Shown piece after piece: positions 13,846-26,399 of a stretch of 64,000 bases of DNA. The notes below the pieces were generated by a model. It was not told the origin of the DNA. It was given only the letters and a program-made list of their open reading frames with translations, and made no database searches. Location: assembly GCA_051362555.1 (NCBI GenBank), contig CM120646.1, positions 24,056,001 to 24,120,000 on the forward strand, written 5' to 3'. The stretch comes from Lingula anatina. Its lineage: Eukaryota > Animalia > Brachiopoda. Position 1 is the first letter of the stretch; each line of letters opens with the position of its first letter. Both the position numbers and the translations under genes were made by a program.

Positions 13846-16800
13846 TCCTGGCGGCAGCTCAGTTTGTGTCTGTATACTTCAGGTGACATTAAGACCCTGC
13901 AGAATGGGACGCCACTCCTGAAAATTCGACATAAGAAGACGTACCGCCGCTTCTTCTATGTGGCCAGAGACATGAAACACATTTGCTACAGAGGGTCGCG
14001 AAAGTTTGGACATTCTACTGTACATATGTGTAAGTTCACTGTTGAGTTTGATTGTTTCCAGGGTAGTACTATATTATACTTATTATAGAATAACGCGAGA
14101 AGACTAGCGGTGTTACACGTATATCTCCTTCAGATTAATATTTTAATTTCACCCACCGCAATGAAACCTTTTAAGCCACCGATGTCTTATAACATGGTTG
14201 AATTCCTATTGTAAAAGTGCATGTAGCGTGAGACTTGCATTATTATCGTGATAACTGTTCTGTTTATATATTTTGCTATATTTTAAGTGACAGAGAACTT
14301 CAGTTATAGTAAGCATTTGCCCCTTTATATAAGTCTGTCGTTATGTCAGTCAGCAATGGTCTGTTGTTGTTCCAGGTAAACTAAACGACATTGACGACAT
14401 TAGGGAAGGCAAGTTGACAGATGCACTGCAGAAACTGAAACCCAAACCAAGGGTAATTACTGACTTTTGATACAACAAGTGAAGTAACAACAGAATATAT
14501 TTGTGATTGATAGAATAAAATGAATTTATGAAAACTCCGACAGAGATGTGATCTAATATAAATTACATTCTGCGACGTTTTATACATTTCTTATACATTT
14601 CATTTGTTTGCAGTTTGAAATATTTGTTCTTCATTTGCTGTTTACTTTCTCAGTATAGATATTCAAATGTTTAACTTGCCAATCTTATCACCCTTTTCCA
14701 TACAGGACGAGTTTTGTTTCTCGTTAATTCGCGGGAAGAAGTCATACGATTTTATTGCAAGAAATAGCGATGAACGAAACGCTTGGGTCACAGGCCTTCG
14801 CAAACTTCTTAAACAGAAGATGCCAATACACAAAGACTATGAGAATATACGGAAGGCGTATCCTTTAACTTCATCAGTCTGTCAGATCTAAACGTCAACA
14901 AAACCGATATATGTATGGGCCTGTCTGTTTTGATTACAACATCATTTATTTGATTAATTTATCGTGTAATCTGTTGATTTAATTGTACTGATAACGATGG
15001 ATGCCACTGCAGGCTTGTGAAATTTAAACAGTGCACGGTATCTTAGAGGATCAATGGTATAGGCCTAATATTGATTATGCACAAAAGGCTGTAGAATGAA
15101 CAGTGACAAAGTACTTGTATTTTATGGCGTATTTCTTCCACGCCGCACGTTTGAAAACATCACACTTTGCATCTTTAATGATTTTCTTTTGTGAATTTGT
15201 GCATGAAAGAGTACTTGATTAATAAACACATCAGAATTTAACAGGTTACATTTCCTCAGTGTATGACAGCTGGATTGCCCGGTGCTTTCGCAAGGCGGAT
15301 CGGAGCAAAGATGGCCGCCTGACCAGGAAAGAGGTCGTTGACTTGATGGACGCAATGAACGCTGGGATAGATAAAGTGACAATTTCTGAAATGTTTGATG
15401 TAAGTCGTACATAAATCATTTTTAGTTTCGCGACACATTGGAGGGTATGACAAATTTGTTAGAAATTCAACCATATTTAAACAAATTTATTGTTAGTAAC
15501 GTCAGTGACGTTTGTGTATGCTCTTCAAGTTGTAAAGGAACCGAATTAAAATGTCTTCTTCTCATATTGATTACAGAAAGCCAATTTCCGTGACGACAAA
15601 GACGAACACGGCAGAGATGTTCTGGATCTGGAGGAATTCGTTAAGTTCTACGAACTCCTCACGTACAGGGAAGAGCTGGAAGAGTTATTCAAAAGGTTTG
15701 CAAGACTTTAATTTGCTTTGTAGAAAGAATTCTCGTCTATAATTTGAATTGAATTAAATTTGCTTTTCAGGAAAAGGTAGACTATTCATACAAGTTTCGA
15801 TGAAGATGTTTATAATATCATTTCTCGCAGAACAGCGACAGCGTATGTGCTGAAATTCAATGTTTAATTAATAGAGACTCCACCGTGACATAGGCGTTTG
15901 TTTGTACACATTCCCTGTTTTATCTATGCTTATAGTTATACTGGCGGAGGTGAGAATATGAGCGCAGAGGTTCTCAAGACTTTCTTAGAAACAGAACAAA
16001 AGGTGAGTAGAACCAGAAAGATACCACTTTTTATCCCTCGGTATAAAGAATTGTGATTCTTTTATGTCAGTGAGTGGAGCAATATTCCCGTTTTTTTTTC
16101 AACACAATTATACAAGATATCTGAACATATTATTAGGGTGTGTGTGGTTTTGTATTTTCAGGTGGAAAAGAGCATAGAAGACTGCGAGAAACTGATAAAG
16201 GAGTTTGACCCGTGTCAGGAAGACAGCGACCAGACCCTCATGACAGTGGAAGGTAAGTCAGAACAATCTGTCACGTGTCAAGAAGACAGCGACCAGACCC
16301 TCATGACAGTGGAAGGTAAGTCAGAACAACCTGTCACGTGTCAAGAAGACAGCGACCAGACCCTCATGACAGTGGAAGGTAAGTCAGAACAACCTGTCAC
16401 GTGTCAAGAAGACAGCGACCAGACCCTCATGACAGTGGAAGGTAGAACAGGGCACAACCTGTCACGTGACTTTTCTTCATCAGCAGCTGTTAAGTTTATC
16501 AGAGATCAATTCTACGTTTCCTCTCACAGTAGATTTTGTGGAGTGTAAGATATTTCTAGAAATTGTTTAGCAAACGTTACAGTTAGAAATGTCTAAATAA
16601 ATATAAAAGTATGTATAGAAAAATTATAATAATAAAACAAACACGTGAATCTACCCTTTTTTGGCAGGTTTCAAGAAGTTTCTTCTGTCCGAAAGTCAAT
16701 GTTTGTTCAACGTTGCACACCGGTTGATTTATCAAGACATGACACTACCGCTACAGCATTACTTCATTAACAGTTCCCACAACACGTAAGTAGCTTACAT

Positions 16801-19800
16801 GGCGGGGGATATTTCCCTATAAAATATCTGTCTATTCTTCATTAGGTAAAACAGTGTATTTAGGGCCACTTCTCCAACGCAATCTACATGAGTACACTTC
16901 CTCAACACCACCAAAATGCGGTTCACTGAAACATGTGCATGTAGATGAAATAAAATCATGACAGCTGTTTTATACTTTCGATTTCTATTTGAAATTGTCA
17001 AACTGGTGCTGAGTATCAGATTTACTGACGTTATGTTTCCTTGTAGATATCTTACTGAAGACCAGTTAAAAGGCCCCAGCAGCGTGGAGGGGTACATCCG
17101 GGCACTTCAGAAAGGCTGTCGTTGTGTGGAGCGTAAGTGGCCTTCACACAAGAATATTAGAACAACTAGGGAATATGTATATATTTCGATCAAGAATGTA
17201 TCATTAGGAAATGTATTGTCTGCGGTATAACGGTACTTAAGTGGCTCCTTATGGTGGAGAATATTACCACCTCATAATGTTCTATGATTCGATCATTGTG
17301 GTGTATGTTTTACATGTTTTAACAGATTTTTAAAAAGCACATGTCTTTGAACTACACCAACCTACAACAAAAAGTGAGACAAAACTATTGCTTAAAATAT
17401 CGGAGTAATGTAAATGCTTCAATCCCATTTCCAGTGGACTGTTGGGACGGACCAAATAATGAGCCTATTATCTACCACGGTCACACTCTCACGTCCAAAA
17501 TCCTCTTCAAAGACGCCATCGTGGCTATTAAGAACTTTGCGTTCGTGGCATCAAAGTACGTATTTATAAACTTTATTATTGGGTATTGGAATGAAAGAAT
17601 GTAAAGCCAAGAGAACTGTTTGTTAATTTCTGTGCCTCTCTTGTACGATTCCGTAATCTTTTTCATTAAAAGTAACCTGCCTTATCAAGAACATGTTGTA
17701 TTGAATTATTCTCCCGCCATTGTTGGAAGTTTGTTGATAATTGTGTTATTTGCCCCAGATTTAGGTTGCTTTGCTATAAATTATGGTAAAACAAACTGTC
17801 CCCCCCATTCCAGATACCCAGTGATCCTGTCCCTGGAGAACCACTGCTCTGTACCTCAGCAGACGGTAATGGCAAAGCACATGAAGACTATCCTAGGAGG
17901 TAACTTGGGCTCATCGGGGGGAGGGGGGGTCTTTTTTGACCCCCTTGTATCGTTTTCTATTTATGATAATACTGGCACGCTACACCTTCTAAATACTTGG
18001 TTTAAGAAACGTGTGATCGTATTGACGTCTTCTTTTATGTTGGTTGGATATAAATGTCTCTACGAACTTCTGATGACCTTTTCATGAAAAAAAAAAAAAC
18101 ACTCCAACAGAAAAGAAAGATTATGGTCGTGGTTAGCATTACAAATGTGAATTAAATTATATGATGAAATTTTGCAGCCTATTGATGTGATTTCAGACAC
18201 CCTATATTCACCTCCGGGGGGCATTGAGAGCTTGAAAGAGTTTCCTTCTCCGGAAGACCTCATAGAGAAAATTATAATCAAGGTATCCATAATTCTTATC
18301 ATATAATTCTTATCATATACGCTAGTATGTGCCTTCTTTGCACTTTTTCACTGTTGACCACAATTTGTATGCAGTTAAGCGAGTCAAAGAGGCTGACATG
18401 TGCATTACTTTTGGCAAATGCCTATATTAATCTACTAACAAACTATTTTATATTTGCAATACCAGCTTAAATTTTTATTTGAAATAATTTTGCCTATTGT
18501 CGCTTTACTTCTTCCTAGAAGCCATGCAAACTGATCACTTTTGCAATGATTATATTTTTTCGCGTTTGGATTAAAACGCCATATTTTTCTTGTTCAGCCT
18601 AACCACGGTTTCAATGCATTAAGTTGTAGGTGTTTTAGTATGATAAATGTATTTAGCGTTATTTAACATATGTACACCACTTTGTAGGGAAAGAAACTGC
18701 CGCCTCAGGTAAGACAGGTCCACGTGTATGGGACCCAAGTGTGTCAGATTACTGGTCATGTTAACCATGCCATGCGTTCATTTTTTCCACCAGTTTACAT
18801 TAGATGTGTTGACTTTACCGGTATCCATTACCGTTTTATTTAGAGTGTTTGGTATTTTACTTATTACCTGGTAGTGCTGAAATTAATTGTTTTAAATTTT
18901 AATCAAAGTTAGTGACACAAAAATTTGATAACCCAGGCTTGACCCTTTAATATTTGCCGGTACGTCATTCCCTGTTCATATTACCGCGCGCTACAACAGG
19001 CGGGCAGTGCTTGCCGCTAAGAGCGAAGCATGTCATTGGTTATCAGCGTGTAGGGCTTTACTGCAGGATCACGAGTATTTTACATAATAAATTAGTAGCT
19101 GTGGGAATGAAGGTGTGACTCTAACTAATTTGCATGCGTTTGGTTTTATAACTTTATAATTCGCCTAAATATTGAGTATAATGCGGAAATCGAGGTGAAA
19201 GTTTGCTTGGGATTTTTAAAATAAAAACATGCTTGAGCTTGAGTGTGTGTCATCATTCATTTTGGGTTGTACTCGCACTGGCAAAGAATGGTTTTCATAA
19301 GATTTAACGCACGAACGCATGGTTTGAGGTGATAAAGGTAAGCAGTGTTCCCAGTCACGTTGAACCGACATAACTTAGTATGCCCATCTTAGCTGGAGTT
19401 CTGATTACAATCAGTATCCCTGATTACAATCAGTATTCTGATTACAATCAGTATCCCACAGAAGGCCAAAGTATTGATACCTCAGCCAAGTGATGGTGTG
19501 TGGGATAGCAGAAGGACTAGATCCCATCGCCTCGATCTTATCGTTCACACAGACTTATGATGTGGGACGTTTTAAGAGAGATGGGTTCACCGTGACTGGA
19601 AACAGATTAAAGTTATTTGCTCGTAAGATGTGTGCGATTTGTATTGTGAGCGCGTGTTTTTAAAATACGTTAACTTCAGTAAATTGTGATGGATGTCTGT
19701 TGTAACAGGGAGTTAGGTAGGTGTGGAGACCAGCTAAACCCTAGATTTGGTATTTCGTCTAATAGGCCCTATCGGGCAAAGCATGGAGAGTAGAAGGGGT

Positions 19801-22364
19801 ATATTACGGAGTGGGGTGAATGTGGTTGTATTGTGAAGTAACAGAAAAGTTTGCAGTTCATTCCCGCCTCATGTGCTGCCATTTGGGTGCAACAGTTGCA
19901 TTTGGCTTACACAAACAGGACGGTTAGAGCATCCACAATGCAAATGAAAATCTTTTCAGTGTTAATGACAGCTTTGCTTTATGACCTTGCTGAGTACTCA
20001 GTCGTATCTGCAGTTGGTTTTCGAAAAAAGAATTCCGTACATCTTAGATCATGTGATGAAATCTTTCAGCCTTATCAGAAAAAAGAATTCATACTTAGCA
20101 AAAACGCGAATCTTTCTTCTCCAGGGAAAGAAACTGCCGGCAGACGTTGTGGACGAGGGTGACGTGTCAGACGAAGACGAGGCTGAAGAAATGGCGGAAG
20201 TCGACGAGAACGTGCAAACAGAGGTGCAGAAAAAGTCGACGGAAAAAGTGAAGCTGTCAAAGGAGCTCTCTGACCTAGTGATGCTGAAAGGAGTATCGAT
20301 GAAGAGCTTTGAGCATTCCAGGAAAAATTGTAAGCAAAACACAATGACTATTGCGTATGAATGGTTAGTCTCACTCTGCAATGTTTCCCCTACCCTAAAA
20401 ATTAATTCAGAAATGCTTTTACAAGAGGGAAATTATCACATATGAGTCTTTTAATATTTTTTCCATAAATTAATCCTCAAGTTTTGAATAAAAGAGATAA
20501 ATATTAATACTACTAGTTATTCTGTTTAATCAAATCCCTTAATGCTTTTATTTTATAGATAAGTTCTACGAGATGTCTTCTATAGCAGAAGTGAAAGGGT
20601 TGGGCCTTGTAGACGACGACGCCCTGTCATTTACACGGCATTGCGCATTCCAATTAGTCAGAACGTACCCGAAGGGCGGGAGAATTGACTCTAGCAACTA
20701 TAAGCCACACCCATTCTGGACTGTCGGGGCTCAGATAGGTCAGTAGCATCTGTCAGTTACTAAAAGCACGTCGTTTAGTTTTACGGAAAGAAGAAAGGTA
20801 TTTGTCATCCGATTATGTTGTATAAATACCTTGTAGAAAGGGCGTTTTTACACTGAACACGTGCTGTGACCTTGACTGCCATCAGCTATGAGATAGAACT
20901 CATAAATGTTTTAATTCTTCTTTGCCTTCCAGTTGCGCTGAACTTCCAGACGACAGGTGCCTACCCCATGCGTCTCTACCTGGGCAAGTTCCAGGATAAT
21001 GGTGGATGTGGGTACATTTTAAAGCCGACCTATATGCAGAAAGGTGAGAATGACTATGCACATCCTGGCTTTCATTCCCTGCCAGACAATAAAACAGAGA
21101 ATGTATGTTTGTATTTTCATACAAAAATTAATAATTAGTGTGCTTTAAGACAAATGACATGGAAAATTACAGAAGGATTCGCAGTCGCCGCTTTAGGCAA
21201 ATTGCATCCTCCTTCAAAGCGCTTTACAATCTCTCACTATTCTCGGAGTAAATATTTTAATTGCGTTTTGGTTTCCAGAAAACACAAACTTCGATCCCAA
21301 CTCGAACGATCTCACAAAGTTCTGTGCCCCCCAGAAGTACGTTGTCACAATTCTCAGTGCACAGCAGCTGCCCAAGCCTCAGAGTGCCAGCGAGAAGAGT
21401 GAGATCATTGACCCCTACGTTAAGGTCTCCGTTAAGGGCATTCCCAGCGACTGTCAGGCGGAGACCACAAACTACGTCAGTAATAACGGTAAGGTGACGT
21501 GTGGACGAACGAAGTAGAGGATGTCATAGCTTCTCGCAGTTGACTTGTTTGGAACAACATCAGTATTAAATTTGAAAGCACTATTAGTCCAATTCATAAG
21601 ATAACGAAATGGAAATAAAAACGCACAGATACGGTAAAAATATTTAAAGAAGTGGACAAGATTATTTTTTCAAAAAATAAAGGCAAACTGTAAGAATCCT
21701 GGAAATTGACCTAGTGTAATGACGTGTCATTTCGTTATACATACTATATAACGGCTTACACAGCTATTGCATTACTTTTAACAATTTCTGTTAACTCTTG
21801 CAGGTCTGAATCCAATCTGGAAACACAAGGCCGAATTCAAAATAAGATGCCCTGATCTGGCTGTGATCATGTTTACAATTCGTGATAAGGACAAACGATC
21901 TGGGGACGAATTCATTGGTTATAATGCCTTTCCAGTCACAAGTATGCAACCCGGTAAGTTTGGCTTAACATACACGAGCACGTTAACATTGTGTGGACGC
22001 TGTGTTAAAGCTGTTGCAGGTGTCTGCGTGGAATGAAAAGGTTTCGTGTTTGAATTTTCAAAAGGTCATATTCCAAACTGTACGTAAAATGTCTTAACTC
22101 GTTCATCATCCAAAATCCTTTCACCTCCATCTTAATCGTCGTTATTCCAAAATATATATTTTACCTTATTAACCTTATTAGTATTCATTTTGAAATCTGT
22201 CAGGCCGAAGTATGTATTTCGGAGCTACTTTTATTCAAATGCAAGATAAATACATTCTCTTTATCGTTATTCTAGGTTACCGACACGTTGAACTCCTCAC
22301 AAAACACGGGGACCATATTCCTATGGCAAGTTTATTCGTGCACTTGGAAATCCTTGACGAATGA
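9959..22364 (+). CDS. PLCD: Phosphoinositide phospholipase C, delta-type (PH - EF hands - X/Y catalytic - C2), 746 aa
   Basis: Exons 9959-9974, 13883-14029, 14376-14452, 14706-14857, 15270-15399, 15577-15695, 15936-16002, 16162-16252, 16668-16785, 17047-17132, 17435-17555, 17814-17899, 18197-18282, 20125-20329, 20559-20738, 20933-21043, 21279-21488, 21804-21953, 22276-22364 sum to 2241 nt in one open frame. Motifs: [103 protein letters not shown]. The protein ends just after C2, as in the delta class. The start exon (MDAKK) is less certain than the rest. Confidence 0.93.
14858..15269 (+). other. U12-type (minor spliceosome) GT-AG intron in PLC gene
   Basis: 5' site GTATCCTTTAAC matches the U12 consensus RTATCCTT. 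A branch-like TTTCCTCAG (15251-15259) lies about 11 nt before the AG, with no polypyrimidine tract. Splicing here gives the in-frame KA|[10 protein letters not shown]. Confidence 0.85.
16211..16469 (+). repeat. 63-bp tandem repeat (~4 copies) spanning a PLC exon end and 5' splice site; in frame
   Basis: Units at 16211, 16274, 16337 and 16400; donors at 16253, 16316, 16379 (GTAAGT) and 16442 (GTAGAA). Each unit translates as [18 protein letters not shown](P/S)VT with no stop. Confidence 0.95.
18688..18708 (+). CDS. Candidate 21-nt cassette micro-exon of PLC (GKKLPPQ)
   Basis: tttgtag|GGAAAGAAACTGCCGCCTCAG|gtaaga; phase 0-0; first 15 nt are identical to the start of exon 20125. Confidence 0.55.
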
Positions 22365-24257
22365 GCCTCACTTATATATTGTCACTCTGTCTACTGCTGC
22401 ACAACATACGGGACACTGTTATAGAAGTGGAACACTGCTCTGGAAATAGTGACAACATCATTGTACATTTTCATTTATGCCACTTATTGATGGCCCATGT
22501 AGCCATATGTCAACATTGGATCACTGACGTTTTGATTTCATTTGATTTGATTTATTTCATATTTTAAATAAATCTTATGCAGAAAGTTTTATACATAAAA
22601 ACATTATAAATGTATGGATTACATAGTAAAGTATAAAACTTATTTCCATTTCGCCGAAACACTTAGCTGTAAATGCTTATGCCATGATGACGCTTTGTTC
22701 TGAAAATTAAACTGGTTATTGAGTTTTCAGAGTCATCGTGCTGTAAAGATGTATTTTTCTCGATATTCTACGTATCATTTTCCATAAAATAAAGGATATT
22801 TATCAAATGTTAATTATAGTGAGCTTGATTTTTACTTCATGTTTGATTGGATACCGTTGTGAATGTAAGAGACATCGTAATACAGATCACGAAAACGGAC
22901 CAAGGTGCCTATAGTTCCGCTGGGAGAATTAAAGTTACCTTAAGTTTACGTTTGCAATTTTATCTGTGCCGGGTCCAAAAATGACCAGGCATCTTATGTA
23001 ACCCGCACTGGAAGGCATGTAGCGTGCAGTATACTAGAACTGTACTTCATTTTACTTTAAAATCCAGAAGCAACCATTCACGTCCCTATTGGTATGTCTA
23101 CCAGTCCTCGAGGTTTTAGCGTCCCGGTCGACATACAGGTTTTTTGCCGGTCTCCGCTGCGCTAAAACCCACTCGACGTCTTCAACCAAAACCAGTGGAA
23201 AAGGAATGGTGGGCTAAGTTTCAATTGACGTGTGCGGCAACGAGAAACAAAAAGCTGCTTGTATAAAGTACCTTTAATTTCAAATCTAATACTAATCCTG
23301 GTCTTAAAGTTTTGGTCTGGTTGACGACGTGCGCTGCGTCTACCACTCGGCGATTTCAGCCGGTCTGTTGAAAATACAAGCGCCCTTTTCTGATCTTTTC
23401 TGGGCCTTGTTACTTATTCCTTTAATCCCCCCTCCCCTCCCCCCTCTCCCCCTCCCCCTCCCCCTCCCCATGCCCTGTACATGTAAACTTCATTTACCTC
23501 CTGTTTGTTAAGGCTCGGCGGCTCTCTCCGCTCATATATGGATTACTTTCCACCCCTTCTGAACCAATCTTTCTTGTCCAAGAAGGTAACATTTTACAAT
23601 GAAAAAGTTTTTAAAAAGTTCATTTACCTTCCTATATACCGGAGCACCGCCCTACACTTGCTCAGCGCGGTTAACAATTAGTAGCGTTTTTTTTTTTTTT
23701 TTTTTGTTTTTTTTTTTTTTTTTTTTTTTGTGCTGATAGAGACAGGGTGTAAACGCTCTCACCTCTCTGGGGAGGATAAAGCCTTGCATGCAATATTAGC
23801 GAGACACTGAAAGCTAGCAAACGAACAATATCTGTCTCTGCTAAGCTACCAGGCTTCTCGTGTAAACTTTACCTCTGCTTCAATCTCTAATTACTGAGTG
23901 CCAAGCGGGGAAACAACAGGTACTGTAGGTACAGGACGGGGGCACACTCACACTTTCCCGCTCCGGAGAAGGACACTGATCACAAGGCTATCGATAAAGT
24001 CACAGAGAATGGAGTTTACTCAGTGGCGGATTTTGCCTCTTATATACACCAAGTTGATCCAAGTTGGATTTTTTTTCCTTTTCGGTGGTTTGTTCTTTAC
24101 ACTTTCAACCTACGGCAGAGTAGCGCTTTTCAATATCCTATTCTTTGTACACGGTTATAATTTTTTTCACCCATGTCAAAATCAATTGATTTTTTTTCTT
24201 CTTTGACGGCAAATTGCAATATAAATAGTCAACCCTAAAATTTGACGTTGGTTCAGG

Positions 24258-24265
24258 AAAAAAAA
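24258..24265 (-). terminator. RNA polymerase III T-run terminator of tRNA-Arg
   Basis: T8 on the minus strand, 11 nt downstream of the tRNA 3' end. Confidence 0.75.
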
Positions 24266-24276
24266 GTTGGAACATC

Positions 24277-24349
24277 TACCCCCGGCGGGACTCGAACCCG
24301 CAATCTTCGGTTTAGGAGACCGACGCCTTATCCATTAGGCCACGGGGGC
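24277..24349 (-). tRNA. tRNA-Arg-CCT: tRNA-Arg, anticodon CCT
   Basis: Reverse complement GCCCCCGTGGCCTAATGGATAAGGCGTCGGTCTCCTAAACCGAAGATTGCGGGTTCGAGTCCCGCCGGGGGTA: 73 nt, intact cloverleaf with A and B boxes, anticodon loop CTCCTAA. Confidence 0.96.
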
Positions 24350-26399
24350 GTTGAAGTTTGTTGACTGCTTTTATAATACTAGTCAGTAAATTCCTACATC
24401 AAAATGTTCATTACATTATTACATTAAACTCTCCAATTCCAATGCTTATTATTATTATCCAAATAAAAAACATCACTTTATTTTTAAGCATTACTCAGTT
24501 TATTGGTCTTAACATATTTTTAGGCGGGAAATAGGCTTTCCTGAACACTACTGCCACCTGGTGACCATCAGTGCCTGACTAGTTCCTAAGGTTGAGCGCG
24601 AAGCAATATTTATGAAAGGCAAAGAAAATGTCGCTCAAGGTTGTGTATGAAATCCATTATAACAAAGATCGTAGATTAAATATGATATTATATAATCAGG
24701 TTTCGGCTCTCGGAAACTTGTACGCGCATTGGCCATTGTTACGTTTCAGGTTCGACTTTGGATTGTGTGCAGATTATTCCAACATACAGTTCTTTTTGAA
24801 TCCTTGTTTGTAGCGTTAGTGACCCTGCTGACTACATAAAAATATCAGTGGAACGATTTTCATAGTTACACCAAACTTGCGGATCTCCGCGTAGATCTAG
24901 GTTAAAATGCTTTTTAAGTATATAAGATTGTGAAATAAAGGTTGCTTTAATTCCTTCCTAGACTGTAGCATTTTGACCCCTTCTTGACTTCAGCCTGGCT
25001 CGGTAGGCATTGACGAAATTCAGTACTTCCTTGATCCTATTATTAAATAAATATATATTCGTAGACCCCTCCTCCCCTAAAGCTGCTGGACACTACTGGT
25101 CATTTTACCGGTAATGTGCTGCGTTTTAAGACGAGACTCCACAAACTCTTACTCATGTTAATGTCGTTAATATTTGATGCAATTAAATTTATTTGTTTAA
25201 AAAATTGCATTGTACACAATCACGTTTTGCTTTTTGTCACCAACTAAAAAGCGTACAACAATACTGCATTATAAGAACAAATAAACTTCCCCCCTGCCAC
25301 TGGGTTACAGAGTACATGTATACAGGACTAGCTGCCTAAATATTATCACTTCATTATCAAGCATGTCTGAGTAAATCTAGAGACTGAGGTTAAGTCAAGT
25401 CAAGTATTTGAACTTAAGTCTGTTGAATACGTGACTACGTGCTCTTCTGCAGATCCAAGTACAATCCTAGAGTACTTCACATAGTAAACTGTAGACAAAC
25501 AAGTACTAGTAACTGGTATTCACTTCCAGTTCTACACACAATAAACTAGACACATGAGGCTAGAACTAAAAAACATACATACAGTACTTCTGAAAGTAAC
25601 CTGAAGTATAAATACATTACCAGTATGTAGATTTTTTTGTGTAGAGGACCATTCATTAATACTGATACTGAAATCCTACAAAAAATCACGATCACAATTA
25701 ACATGCTGCGCTGTATTTGTAAATACATTGTATATGCATGTAGGTGTACAGTGAATATCTGCACTTATAAATAAGTCTGTATTTGTACTAAACAGCCACA
25801 CAATATTCTCTCCAGCTGGCAAATATGCCCAAATTGTACTCTTTGTACACAGTTCAAATGTTAATCCACACAATGATGCTATTTCCAAATGTGTTTCATT
25901 ATTTGGTTTACATTTCATTAATTGCACTTCACCCATGATGAGATTTTTTTCAAAAAAATTGGACTTTAAATATCATATCTGATAATATTAAGTAATAATA
26001 AATACCAGTACTTGATTATCATACCAACTAAAATCAGGAAATAAAAACTGTGACAGTAATATGGACCACATACCAACCTATATCTCAAGCAAGAACACAC
26101 ACGCCCCCCTCCCCCTTTTACATGATATATGCCAAAAAAGTAAATAATGATAACTCCAGAAAGCTTTCAGCATAAGAAGCAGAGTCAATTTCATGATGAA
26201 CAGTAGTTTTCCGTTATTTATTAGTTTGCCATTTTAAACTTATTTTAACATACCAAGCAATGAATGTTTTACTTCAGTAAGTATTGATAACAGCAACAAG
26301 TTTCGCAAGCTGACCCATTGCGTGTGTGTGATCTATTATGCTCTAATTAAGAAGTTTTGTAGAGATTTCATCTGCAATGTTAAATGTTCTTCATGAAGT

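Noticed and set aside
18283-18290. Second U12 intron at donor GTATCCAT
   Set aside because: It deviates from RTATCCTT, and the downstream acceptors have ordinary pyrimidine tracts with no U12 branch sequence; treated as U2-type.
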